A stretch of 64,000 nt of DNA, taken from NCBI RefSeq assembly GCF_040938485.1, contig NW_027271688.1:620001-684000 (forward strand). The letters are read 5' to 3'. The notes below the pieces were generated by a model. That model was not told where the DNA came from. It ran no database searches and saw only the letters and a list, made by a program, of their open reading frames with translations. This DNA is from Diadema antillarum. Taxonomy: Eukaryota. Shown here in pieces: positions 26,705-39,753 of this stretch (its first letter is position 1; each line of letters begins with the position of its first letter). The translations under genes and the position numbers were made by a program.

Positions 26705-26754
<50 letters not shown>
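26705..26754. repeat. (TG)25 microsatellite
   Basis: Seen directly. Confidence 0.95.
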
Positions 26755-26756
<2 letters not shown>

Positions 26757-27314
26757 CATGCGTGTACAGGTATATGTGATATACATCCTGATGCTGTTTT
26801 TATCTCCATTTAGCCCACCATGCAATGAAGTGCATCTAAAGTTCATGACCCATGTACTTGACTCAATCAATACACAGGATTTCCTTTTGGTGCATGTCAC
26901 CCTCTATTGCCTCACACAGCCAGTGCATGCAATAAACATTCCTGTCATGATTTAGCCGCAGTTGCTAATCTTGGCACTCAGGGGAAGTGCTGGCATCTAA
27001 TGCACGCAGGAGTAACATTGGCACAGCTGGAAATGTCCAAACCAATCAGTTGACATTGCCATAATAGACAAAATCTGTTGTTTGTTTGTTTGTTTGTTTG
27101 TTTGTTTTTTTAATGTTTTATCAGAGATCAATAATGGAAATGCAAGTACAAAGTTACGCAAGTTCAGTGGCAATCCAACATTGGCACACACTTCGAAAAT
27201 AAAAAGGGCTCAGCCGACATGCATGTATCGGTAATTGTACACTGTTTGTAAAGAGGTATCAAGAACTGGCATGGCCCCACCGCACTGACCTGCAAAATTT
27301 CTCCAACCCTGAGC

Positions 27315-27348
<34 letters not shown>

Positions 27349-28476
27349 TTGATCTTGCTTTCATTATCACAACAGTGCAAGATTGAGATATCATTCTTTT
27401 AAATCACTGCCACATATACACTACATGTAGATGCACCTTTGTGCATTCTGTGTGGTCACATGTGTTTGTGTACATGTTGTGCATAATTTGCACATTGTAC
27501 AAACATGTACGACATTGCAGCATGTTTTCATGTAACTTTGTGGTCTTAAATGGGCAAACTCTGCAAGTTACAAGGTAAGTATCCCATGCCAAAGAAAAAC
27601 TAACAAAAGCAAAAAACCAAAGCAAAACCTGATCAACCTACAATATATCTATGGCCAGTTTAATACTCAAATATGTTATTTTTTCCCCATAATTCACATT
27701 TACCAACTGTTCAATTATCATGCAAATGCTGATCTGTATATCGTGACTGCTCAACATTTCTGCAAAGTCACATCTCATAGGAGTGCAAAGTAGTATATTT
27801 TCTGTCTAGGTAAACTGTAAAATGTTTTAAATAGTCTTTGCACCTCTTTTTCATTGTCATGTAATCTGTTTACTGTTGCTGCTTTTTTTTTCTCTCCCCT
27901 TCTCTGTGTACAGGTACATGAGTGAGCTGGAATAATTGTTTCACAGAATATGACTTTTTGTACAACCCATTTACAATTTGTAAAAGATATTTGGAGTACG
28001 CCTTTAAAACATAGCATGAGAAAACATGACATCCTGATTGGAATCTTATTACCCAGTGAGATATTAAAGCGCGTTACCTTGGCACGTGTAGGCATACATG
28101 TACATGCCATTTCACAGAGCTCTGAATAGGCAAAAGAACATCAGACATTGTTTGGTGAGGCAGCAGCACTTTCCTTGAAGCCATAATCTTATTCTTTAAT
28201 TTTGTCATCATTTGATAAAATATTGTCTCATTTTCTCACAATTTGTGGTTTTGATACTCAGCACTTTTTTAAATCTCTGAAATGTATTCAAGTACACAGA
28301 AGCAACAAAAAGTGATTGTAAATGCTGTATTAATTTGCTTGACAGTATTCAAACTTGCCTTTGAAGCCACCTGTCTATGACTTCCACCTACAGTTGTATG
28401 TATCATATCCCCCTCCCCCTCCCCCCAAGAAAAAGCTAACTTTAAGACCCTGTGCATAGCAGCCACCTGTCTAATG

Positions 28477-28756
28477 TGGCCAGCAGCCACCAATATTGTT
28501 TCCTGTGGTAGATTTTAACATACAAGTGTTAAGTGGCAACAGACTTGAATATATACAGATCTGCAGGAAATCCAGCAACTTACAGCACATACATAGTGTG
28601 TTTTTCTGCTTTGCAGTCGAATATGGCCAGCGGCCACCAATATTGTTTCCTGTGGTAGATTTAAACAATGTTAAGTGGCAACAGACTTGAATATACAGAC
28701 CTGCTGGAGATCCAGTAACTTTTACAGTGTACATAGTGTCTTTTTCTGCTTTGCAG
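28477..28756. repeat. Direct tandem duplication, period about 147 bp (2 copies)
   Basis: tggccagc(a/g)gccaccaatattgtttcctgtggtagattt...tttttctgctttgcag at 28477 and 28624. Confidence 0.9.
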
Positions 28757-29384
28757 CCACGCCGGTCATGCGCCGTTTAGTGATCACCACTACTCTACTT
28801 ACCCATAATTTATAATGAAATTGTGAAGAGCTTGCTTGCTGTACGCATGCCAGGTTGAAATAATTTGATCAATAACGGCATTGTTCAATGCACGAGACAC
28901 ATGCATACAAAGTGTACTTGTACCATGATACACATTACAAGTACAGTGTACATTGTGCAAGTAGAAGTATGACTTTATACCTGCAGCAACAATGATACCT
29001 ACATGTATATTGCATGCAATACAAGCAAAAAGTTGGATAACCTGTCAATAGTGGCCACTTATCTATAATGGCCACTTTTTCAATTCCCTTGGGTGGCCGC
29101 TATAGACAGTGTTGACTGTATTTTTTATAACCATGCCATGGCCTAAGGCTACACGCATTTCATATGCACAATAAATGGAAATCATCAAGGGGACATGTTT
29201 GGAGGATAAAAAAAAGAAGATTTATACAGAACATCTCAGGCATGCAGGCGAGTTTCTACAGTAAAATGTGTACAGTGTACTGATTTTTTTCATAATGACG
29301 GTATGATCAACGCACAGATACCTATGGAGTCACCATACATAATGCAGGGAGGTGTCTCTCTCACACCTCCCTGCATAATGTTCT

Positions 29385-30175
29385 TGGGCATTTTCAAGGT
29401 AATGGGACCCCCCAACGTTACATTTGGTGTTTCGGACATATCCACAGTGCTTTACATTCTAAATGAAATACAATGGCTTTAAGTGATTCCTGAATAATAT
29501 TTTTTTCTTTAAATGAGTCACTTATATATTTTTTTATTTCTGCAAATTGAAGATGAAAATTTCATGTGAACGTATGTAACAGGTGGACAGACATTGGTGT
29601 ACTAATGTATGACGGTCAAATTAAGTATCTTCCATGGAAAATGATCCTTTGTTTACTAAATGAACTGATATGGATGATAAGAGATAACATCATCCAAAGA
29701 AATCAAATTACCTGTGCATTAAGGTACTTTTCTAGAGTTTAGGCTGAACGTATGTAACATGGACGGACAAAAATGTAACGTCCACGTCTGTCCACATGTT
29801 ACATACGTTCGTTTTTTCTACAAGTGTACTATAGTGCACAGTTAATTTAAATTTTGGGGGTGATATTGTATCTTCTTATCCATATCAGTTGTTTTAGTAA
29901 AGAAAAGCTCATTTACCATAGAAGGTATTTAATTTGACTGTCATGCATTAGTACACAAATGTCTGTCCACCTGTTACATACAAACACACGTTCACTATTT
30001 TTACGTTTTTTGAAATAAATTTTTATAGATAGCCTGCTTGGAGCAAAATCTGGACAAAGTTATCTCTCCTAGGTGAGCTTTATACAGTGCTAAAGTGTTT
30101 GGTGGGTTATTCACATTGGAAACATAAGATTACCTAGTGTCTTTGAAATGGACCCCATTACTGCGAAAATGCCCA
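29385..30175. mobile_element. About 790-bp non-autonomous TIR element, superfamily unclear
   Basis: Ends TGGGCATTTTC..GTAATGGG.CC / GGACCCCATTAC..GAAAATGCCCA. Internal repeats GAACGTATGTAACA.GTGGACAG (two forward, two reverse). Confidence 0.55.
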
Positions 30176-31614
30176 CATATAAATGCAATAGCACACATTT
30201 TTGACAGTATAGGAGGACAAACAGGTCAGGCTGCCAGATGAGACTAGTCAAACTCTAGTAACCCTATGCCTATTCGGTAATACTGTACTTGGCAAGGATC
30301 GCTGTATTTGCATTGTAAAGCAAGCTACCCATAATTCGATCATAACACCGACCAAAATTCGACCACTTGCTTCATCTTAGGTTTCATTTGTAGAAACCTG
30401 TGCTTTTGTGCATGGTGGAACATTGGCACGGGAAGTAGAACCTTGGTGCAGGTGCAGATAAGTGTACCTTGTTTCCTTGTTCATCTATTCATTTGTTGTT
30501 CAAGGGTACTAAAGTTTTAGTTGTTTTTTTATTGTTGTTTTAGATAGCAGGGAGCAGCTATTTTCTCTTATGTTTTTGTGGTCACTTCAAAATAGTTTCT
30601 ACAAGGAAATGAAAATGTTATTGAATACACAAGAGTCTGGCACAGCTCATGTATAGTGTACATTCAGTTAACTACTCGTAACTACATCACTAACCTCAAA
30701 ATGTACAGCTATTTCATGGTGATAGTCACCAAAGCATCCCATCCAGCCTACCTTTTTTTATTCCTCCTCCAACAACAACAACAACAAAAATTGGGTTATC
30801 TTTCGTTGCCTCTGATTTTGTAGCTAGCTGTATATTGTAATAACTTTGTATAAAAACCTATCATTTGCTACTTCAAATTTTTTTGGGTATTTCCACAGTA
30901 AAAGTGGCCATTTCAGAGATGTCAGGTTATTTTCTATTTCCATTGTGCATTTCCCCCAAAATACAATATGATCGCTTAGACCACTTTAATGAGATATAAT
31001 TTTGCCTTAAAATTGCTTCAAACAGGCAATCTTTCAGAATTTTTGTCAAAATAAAAATGTTACATTTGACTGACAAGTACAACTTGTACTTACCAACATA
31101 TGAAGGTCAAATGAACAATGTTTACTGAAAATTTGTTGCTTTTCAACTAAATGGCTTGATAATAGTGGTATTGATTAGAAAAAGATAAGAACAGCCTTAA
31201 AATTCTATTGAAATGAACTCTGTGTTTCATACCACTTCTAGACACTTCTAAGCTGTCACATTTTGGTCAGTCCAATTAAAGATTTTTTATGTTCACCACA
31301 AAGTCTTCGAAATAGTATAAAACACAGTGTTCAATAGAACTTTAGGGCTGTTCGTATCATAACATCTAACCATTATACATAATGATACCCACTCTGAGCA
31401 ATTGCATAAAGATTGATCAGTATTAATACTACTAACACTATCAAATCCTATTAAATAGGATACACTTCCATACATTATGAGGCAATCATGCTCTTTAGGG
31501 CCCTATACAATCGGTACCTCAATGCCTGTATGCCAAGGCGATATCCCATGAACCGCGCAATGAGAAGCTGGCGAGCTTCTCTTGATGTACATATGAAATG
31601 CCTTGACAAGTAAG

Positions 31615-31798
31615 CAGGGGTCGAAATTGGCGATGGTCCGCTGGCCATTGGCCACCCAAAATCACGTCGGACTAGCTAAAAATCATAAAATTCTGAAGTT
31701 ACTAGTCCGTCTGGCTAGCCAAAGTATTGCTTCAGCGTCAAAATTGATTCTAAGTAGTCCGCCTGGCTAGTTAAAAAAAAAGTGAAGTGCGACCCCTG
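31615..31798. mobile_element. CAGGGG...CCCCTG MITE (hAT-like termini)
   Basis: CAGGGGTCG / CGACCCCTG with internal ctggctag repeats; no TSD visible. Confidence 0.55.
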
Positions 31799-32103
31799 GA
31801 AGGTCAGTAAACTTTCCTCACACTGCGATTTTGAATGGCGATCACCTAGATGCTGAACACTGAGCGATATTGTGTGCCTTTTCTCCCAGCTTTTCTCTCC
31901 GTGGCAGGATTATCTAGCTGTACGTGCCATCATATTATTTAATATGATTTTAAGGTTGCCTCACACTGTGCGATTTCTTGCGATACAACAGCCTCTGATT
32001 TTTTTTAATGTAGGCCCCAACAGTCGCTAGCCACATTAATCACAGTACAAATGTACATTAGTATCATGCATGACTTTAGATCTCTACACATGTATGCCTA
32101 TCT

Positions 32104-32332
32104 TACTGTATATTAAAGCTGTTATTTTCGCGAGGGTTTAATTTTAGCGAATTTCGAAAATAACAGTTGGATCGCGAATTTAACAACACGCGAAAATGTC
32201 TCCATGCACTGTGTTAATAGAGCATTAACGTAAGCGTCGGCGTCGATTCGCGAAAACAACATCGCGCGAAAATGTCTATGACCTCGTTATTCGTGGAAAT
32301 ATCTGTACGCGAAAATAACAGTGTATACAGTA
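32104..32332. mobile_element. TA-flanked MITE
   Basis: TACTGTATA...CTGTTATTTTCGCG / CGCGAAAATAACAGTGTATACAGTA. Confidence 0.8.
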
Positions 32333-32885
32333 CTATCACTGCACTGGACCCTTCCAAGTCCAGTGAGTCCAGGTATCATTAGGCTATTAATGGCACGAGC
32401 ATGAACACTGCACTCCACGCCACTGAATCCAAGTTCTCATCAATTTTAGTTTTATACTACTACTAGTATAGTAGGTGTCCAACACATCAACTCTGTACAT
32501 GAAACAGACCCCCTCTATTTGCTGCATTGCATATACAAGACGAACATTCACGCATGAGATACAATGCAGTGGTTTTGTATTTTTCACTGGGGATTTGATG
32601 ATGTCAAAATATTACTGAAAAAACCAATAATAAACAAGATCAACAGCAAAACAATGATAGATTATAAATGACACATACTAGGAAAAGCACTACTTGCATT
32701 TAACACGTATTGTCAATAGTGGGTAGGGGTGTTGGTTTCAAAGTACCGCACAACTGAGCGCGTCAAAATAACAACCCATGCATTCAAAGCAGTTACAGTG
32801 ACTAGTGACAGTGTATCTCGGACTGTGCGCTCTCGAGAGTGTATTCTAAATTTACCGCAAATCACATTTTCAATGCGCACATGTG

Positions 32886-33194
32886 CAGAGACTCCAACCC
32901 AAAGCACCTTCTGATCTGGAGATTCTCCTGCCCGAAACCCCTAGCAAACAGGAGACTCCAAGTTGATGTGTGCGAAGTGCGAAGTCCCTAGGGTTCTAAC
33001 GTTAGATGTTCTCTGGTGCTATCTAAGGCTTATTTTTTCAACATACTATAGCAATAAGTAAGAAATCCTTTCCACCGGGAGACACAGAGCCAGGGCGGGA
33101 GAAATCAAATCTCAAGCGGGAGAACGGGAGATTTTGCAAAAATGGGCTTTCGGCGGGAGATCTCCCATCGAAAACGGGAGAGTTGGAGTCTCTG
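32886..33194. mobile_element. MITE with 13-bp TIR and apparent 6-bp TSD
   Basis: catgtg|CAGAGACTCCAAC ... GTTGGAGTCTCTG|catgtg; subterminal CGGGAGA repeats. Confidence 0.8.
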
Positions 33195-33429
33195 CATGTG
33201 GATTCAGAGTATTTTCTGTACATCATGTGAGTAAAATTTTAGGCAAATTGTGAGATATCAATTTTAAGTATCTAGTGATAGAAGAACATTAGCATGATTA
33301 GGGTGTCGATGTGTTGGACACCACCCATACTAGAATTAAAAGACAACAAATGCATGATTAAATACCCAATTCTCACTGCAAATCCCCTGTCTTTCATGGA
33401 CGCCCAACTTTATAGTTTATAGAATTTAC

Positions 33430-35350
33430 TGGTCCGACGTAACAACGGCGCGGCGTTTCATCCCTGTACCTGACTGCTGTAGAATGGGGAACCCTGTAGA
33501 ATGAAGTGATTTGTACTGCCGGCGTCGCAATAATGACCATGATAACACACGCAATAATTATGCCATGTATGTACTACTGTAACCCCGTCGCGGGGCGCTG
33601 TATTATTAAGCGAAGTAACCCTTTACGGTACGTATTTGTCCGTATGGGGTCGCTGTAACTACACGCAGCGCTGTCGCGAAGCGACAGCGCTGCACCTCTA
33701 TTCCTTCGCGGACGTTGTTATCGTTCACTGTTTCCTTCATGAATATCTTTATTAATCGTGGAAAACTAAAATATAAGGAATTATCGTAATCTATGACCAT
33801 CATTCAATAACCGGTATGCGATTTTTTGTTTAATTACGTCTAAAACTTACCGAAATCTATGGCTGAAATCAGGTCTGTAAACGTCCTTACTGCTTCACTC
33901 CTCATCTGCGTGTTATATGAATGGCATTCACTCTCGTATACTACAACGTAGGTAGTCGGGGCGGAAGTGATGAGATAGTCGGATGACCCCAACTAAAAAA
34001 GTTCAAATCATTGCCGGTGCAGCACGCGCGGATCTACTACAAGCTTTACGTAACACATGAAACGCACGGGCGCACGGGCGTACGTAAAAAGCAACCACTT
34101 CTGAATGCGCATGCGTGGTAGTTTGTTGCTTTTGTGAAGCTCTCGAAGGAAAAGATACCACCGCACGATCTACTCCGAAAAATTCAACAATAAGGTCTGG
34201 ATACCAACAAAACGCCGAATTCAACACAACCATCAGGAAAATACGCTGTAGGTAAGTGTTGCAAATTATATTACTCTTAAAATCATACAAAATAAAAGGT
34301 ATTTTATGTGATTTTGCCGTCAATAGTGACGGTCGTTTACAACGTTGAAACACTAACACATGTCAGACCCTGTGCGCAGCACAGTGTCTGGTCAGGCTAG
34401 GGTCGCTGCTGCGGTAAGTACTACTGTAGAATCTAAGCTAACTACATTATCTACAAGTATGATAGCCCTACTACATATCGACCACCGTCTTTTAAACCGA
34501 CCGCGTATTCATTGGCGCACTAACACTTAGTACGCACTTCACTGCGCGCAAAGCACATAAAAATGGATTGGCTTTGAATGTTGATGAGGATGGTGTGGGA
34601 AAACGCGAAAATTCACTGTTCATTAATGGTTTTAATCAAGGACAAAATTTCGAATAAATATTTTCACCGAATCGTAATGACAGCACAATGTAATGTCTAT
34701 GGAAGTTTCTAAAAAGCTTCGTAGACTTTTTCTACAACACGGTGTTCAATACAACTCGGTTTGCGTGCTCAATGCAAAAACAGCGGTCGATCCTGACGAG
34801 CGTTTACCGCGGGGAGCTGAAACGAGGCCACGCAAGTTCGTCGGCGATATTTTTGCACTGAAACTTCGAATCGAAAATGGAACAACGGCATTTGATAGAG
34901 CTGGATTTTCTCAATCACGTAGGTCAAGTTTTTTACGTGAATTTCAGTGTTAAATATTCTTATCAAGCAAATAAACATTAGGCGGTCGATGAGTAGTAGG
35001 TCCAACTCTACAAATTGTACATCTGCGATGACATGGACGCAATTTCCTATGATTGGGACTACGTAATACACATACAGACTTATCGAACATTCAAAATTAC
35101 TGCAAAATGCGGGATATGTAGACTTCTTTCGACATCATTCAAAACTACCGAAGACATAGTTTACGAAATGACCAACATGGACTCACCTTACAAATGGAAA
35201 TAATGCACGATTACGAATTATTTCGATCAAACACGGCAGCTGATGATGTCACTGTTTCCAGGCAGTAATAACGCAATGAATCATGGGAAATAAACCTACG
35301 AGTATCGTATCGCGAATTTCACGATCGACCGACACACTGCATGCATGCAC
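33430..35350. promoter_or_regulatory. CpG-rich promoter region of SKP1, probably bidirectional
   Basis: Sharp rise in CpG. ETS/GABP-like GCGGAAGTG at 33961, NRF1-like TGCGCATGCGT at 34106, ATTGG at about 34512. Donors point outward on both strands. Confidence 0.65.
33851..33950 (-). other. SKP1: Probable non-coding first exon of SKP1 (5' boundary approximate)
   Basis: The SKP1 ATG directly follows an acceptor, so a 5'UTR exon is required. A perfect donor TTTCG|GTAAGT lies at 33850 (alternative GCA|GTAAGG at 33890), at the edge of the CpG island. Confidence 0.55.
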
Positions 35351-35701
35351 ACGACACCGAAATTTGGGTGGCATCATGGAAGTACAAAGAAAGACTAAAA
35401 GTGGAAAAAAAGATACGAAGAGTTCAAATATCTATACGTAGACCTCGATTGAGTAAATCTCTTTGAAATTTGGCAGGGGGGTGGGGGATTTGGATACAAA
35501 GAAAAGACATGGAAATAGGCGTTGAGACAAGAAGCAAGAATTTTCCCAGAAAGTCCTTGGGTATCTCATACCCATGATGACATTTACATACAGTGTAGTT
35601 CTGTTTCATCATTTTATTCATGTATCTAGTTATTCAGTGAGTTGTCTGTTCAGTAGCCATGTATGTATTTATGTATTTATGAATTTATCTATTTAGGAAT
35701 T

Positions 35702-35847
35702 NNNNNNNNNNNNNNNNNNNNNNNNNNNNNNNNNNNNNNNNNNNNNNNNNNNNNNNNNNNNNNNNNNNNNNNNNNNNNNNNNNNNNNNNNNNNNNNNNNN
35801 NNNNNNNNNNNNNNNNNNNNNNNNNNNNNNNNNNNNNNNNNNNNNNN
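35702..35847. other. Assembly gap (N run)
   Basis: 146 N. Confidence 1.
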
Positions 35848-36360
35848 GGTGAGACGCTAGAGGGGCATTATGTAGGGCCTAAAATTGCAACAGTTAACAA
35901 TACTTTACGTTCTCGTCCATGAAACCCAAAACAGAAAGAATGAATTAAACTTCTTCTCATCTCAAAGCTTCTCATGTCCATCATAATGCATCACATTAAT
36001 TTTGTCCTTAAACAATTAATTAATGATCACACCATGAAAAACTGGACAACGACACGTAAGTCAGTATACCACGGAATCCCAACTAGTGTTTACACAAACA
36101 CCTACGAAAACACAGTCAAACTGATATTGATACTGAATGTCTGTCCTTATGTTTCTTTGTAAATATTTTAATATACATGTAGTCCTCTATATCTCTCCTC
36201 TGTATAGTTCTCGCATTTCTACATTGTTTTACTTTGTACTTGCACAGCACTGTTATCGTATCGTAGTTCCTGTTACCATGGTTACTGTCATGATAATGAT
36301 AATAATAATAATAATAGTAATCGTCATCGTCATCGTCATCATCATTATCAATATCATCAG

Positions 36361-36525
36361 CAGGGGCGGATCCAGGACATCAAATAAAGGGGAGGCGCCT
36401 TTACAAAATTAAAGGGGGTGTACACCCCCCCCCCCATTTTTTTCTTTTGTTTTAATCCACAAAAAAAAAAAAAGATAAAGAGGGGACGCGCGCCCGGTGC
36501 GCCCTCCTCTCTGGATCCGCCACTG
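36361..36525. mobile_element. MITE with 5-bp TSD
   Basis: atcag|CAGGGGCGGATCCAG ... CTGGATCCGCCACTG|atcag. Confidence 0.8.
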
Positions 36526-37555
36526 ATCAGTAACCATGAGATGCTTTTCCAAAGAACGATATTCAAATGGGCTCCATGACCGTTAATTTGCTCCTTCGAC
36601 ACAGCTCCCATGAAAAATCTCACCACAGTTGATACGCTAAGCCAAACATGAATTCTACCCACAAACATAATTATTGTAACCCTAATAACCCTAATCCTAA
36701 TCCTCATAATCCTTCTCAGCAAGTGTCATGTCACCGTTCGCAATGACCTTCGACTCTACTATAGGGCCTGCGTATAGGATAGGCTTATAATTATCTAATT
36801 AGATATTAAAATTGTCGGAAGCCGCGGGGTTGCATGGGGACTGGGGACTTCAGACCCCTCCACAACACACATTACATGCTTATAAACACATACACACTCT
36901 CTCACACACACACACACAAACACACACACACCCCTACATTCTTTTTTTTTGTTTCATGATATTCTTTATTTGAATTGCATTCAATTAACAACGAAATTGA
37001 TATGAACAAAAATAAGCAGCTGTATTCTTCTCTCTTGTGCTGTTAAATCATATTTTTTTCCCCGAACATACACAGTACAATATATTTCGGGTTTTTTTTT
37101 TTTCAAATCATATCATGTATAAGAGAAATGACATGAAATTCTGCATGACTCTCAGAAAAAGCTATATTCATCAACCCAATCAAGCCAATCCATATCTGCC
37201 GTATTACACAAAAACTTTTGCTGCTGAATCACCTTCTTTTTTTAACATACTTTTTTCTTTTTGCAGAGCATACTCTATACGAAAAAATTATATCAAATTC
37301 TGCATAATTCAGAGAGAAAAAAATATATTAATCAACTTGATCAAATTAATCGTATCTGTTTCATTACATAAACTCCCTAACACTCCCTTGAGAATACAGC
37401 ATTTCCCAAAACCTACAGTGAACTGAAAAAAAAGATCATGCTTGAATTAACCGAACGAAACTCTTCATTTTTTTTAAACCTATCAACCTACCCCCTGTAC
37501 AAAACAGAATAGCCATAATGTGCATACTGTCAAAGCAAACCGTATTCCTGCTTAA

Positions 37556-37938
37556 AGGGATGGTACAGTATTAGTGGAGATGAGAATTGGGCTTTTAACT
37601 TTTTGCGAGATACCAAGAAAACACTTGTGATATAGTACAGAGCATACCATGTTAAGAGGAATTCAAATTTTGTTTGATGAAAATCGGGTTTGGAAGGACT
37701 GAAACATCCAAAAACAAAGTAAAACAAAGCGATCGTAATAGAGTGTGGGTCCCACACTTTATTAGAATCGCTCTTTTTTTGATATCTCAGCCATTTGAAA
37801 ACCAATTTTCATCAAATAAACGTTGAATTCCTCATAGAATTACGTGCTCTTTCATATTTCATAAGAGGTTTCTCATTATCTCACCCAAAATTGTTAGAAA
37901 CCTGAAATTAGGTCTCAACCAAAACTATATGATCCCTC
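37556..37938. mobile_element. Kolobok-like non-autonomous element, family A copy 3 (opposite orientation)
   Basis: TTAA|AGGGATGGTACAG ... ATCCCTC|TTAA; the internal part is the reverse complement of copies 1, 2 and 4. Confidence 0.75.
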
Positions 37939-39753
37939 TTAACTTGCACATACTTTACTATCACCTAACTACTTTTTATACATCTACCCAACCCCACCCA
38001 TCCCATACTTTTCTACACAGGCCTATTCCCCCCCCCCCCCCGGAAACTGACCCTCAACACCCACAAACACATACAGACACACACACACACACACACACAC
38101 ACTTTTGGCTCTTAAGAGTGGGGGGGGGGGGGAGGAGGGGAGGATGTGTCTTCCTTTGAGCCAATCACAGCCACTGCCGCCCCTACGCCCCCCCCCCCCC
38201 CCAACGCACACACGCAGACAATAGAAATGTTCCGCCATATGGCTTCATAAGAATAACAAGTTTTTATATTCCACTGTCTTGTCTCTTTGAAATCCACTGA
38301 AATTTGATGTGAAAAGTTTCGGTGCCGCAATTTGGTGGATAAGAAAACTTTTACAGTTCATGCACGTCATCATGCGCGTTCAACGATATCAAGAAAATTA
38401 TAAAGAGAATAAAATCTTAAATATTTCATGAAAATTACCTATTCTCTCAACTTTTTACTCACATAATTAATGTTAAGCGTGGTCATATATATATACGAAT
38501 GACCTTTCTTTCTTTTTTCTCAGTATGTTAGGGGCACTTCACTCGTTTTCAGAGCGACATAATGTATAAGCTTTAAGTAACAATTTATGGGATTCATCAA
38601 TCCTGTTCAAACAAAGAACTTGCGTAGACCAGATAACCAGAATGATCCTTTCTATTGATATTGCCAAATACAACTTCTGCTGTCAGGCAGATGTGCTGGC
38701 AAGCAGCATATTATAAGGATTACATGAATAATCATTACATCACAGATGATTCTCTCACGGAATTTTAAAACTATAACATGCCTGTTGCTACGAATAACCT
38801 TTTTCTGCTCATGCGCAGATCTCGAGTGGAACTCCGAACTGGCTTGTTGATTCACGGGTAGTCAAATGCCTTTTTTTTTCTACCTTGTGTTGGCTTATTC
38901 CTGTGGTTAAAAATGAATGCAAATAAGTTGAAGACACCAGACTTATCGGAGAATATGTCCTGAACAAAGGCGGAGGGAAGATTATCATACGTAATTCTTG
39001 AAACGGGAGTAGCAATGTCAGTACTATTGACGTCTCAAATAATTTGACTATAATTGATTACGATTACCATCGTTCGCAGATGTGCTATACAACAATCTGT
39101 AAATCACACGTCACTGTTAATCTAAAGCGCAGCAAACAAAAGTAGAGACAACTTTATAAACTCGAAAAATTTACTAGTTCAGTTTATTTGCTTTTATTCA
39201 ATTATAATTTTAGCTGGTTTGTATAATGTTGAGAAAATATAACATAAGACACCATGTGTATCGACAATACATTGTGATCATTGTTTCTACATAATAAATA
39301 AAACGTATTATTGTTTGTCCTGTACTTACTTTCAACAATGCGTATTATGACATAATGAATATTATGAAAGCCCCATTATAGTAATTATTGTAGGATCGGT
39401 ATTTTAGAAAACGAAATAACATTGTCCCATATAATACAAAATATTCATATCCATTTCAATGTCTTCTTGGGGAGGGGGTGATCAATGATATTTTACCAAA
39501 TTGTTCTTACAGCAATTATTAACAGCAATCTCTGAAGAGATCATAAATTGATTATTCCATAACAGGCATATCATTCCCGAACACAGTTTTATTACCCTAT
39601 ATATACCATCTGACCTATCTTTTTTATAGAGATGGAAACAATTGAACTGGAGTTCGAATAAAATCAGTTTTACTGTGATATTATGATATGGTTTCAACAG
39701 GATTCGGTTCTTGTCTTTCACAACGACGACAAACGAAAGTCATCGACATGCGG

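Noticed and set aside
31910-31922. TTATCTAGCTGTA, a partial miR-9 match
   Set aside because: Seed region absent and no hairpin.
36676-36712. taaccctaataaccctaatcctaa, telomere-like
   Set aside because: Short and degenerate within an ATC/AAT low-complexity tract; no telomerase-RNA context.
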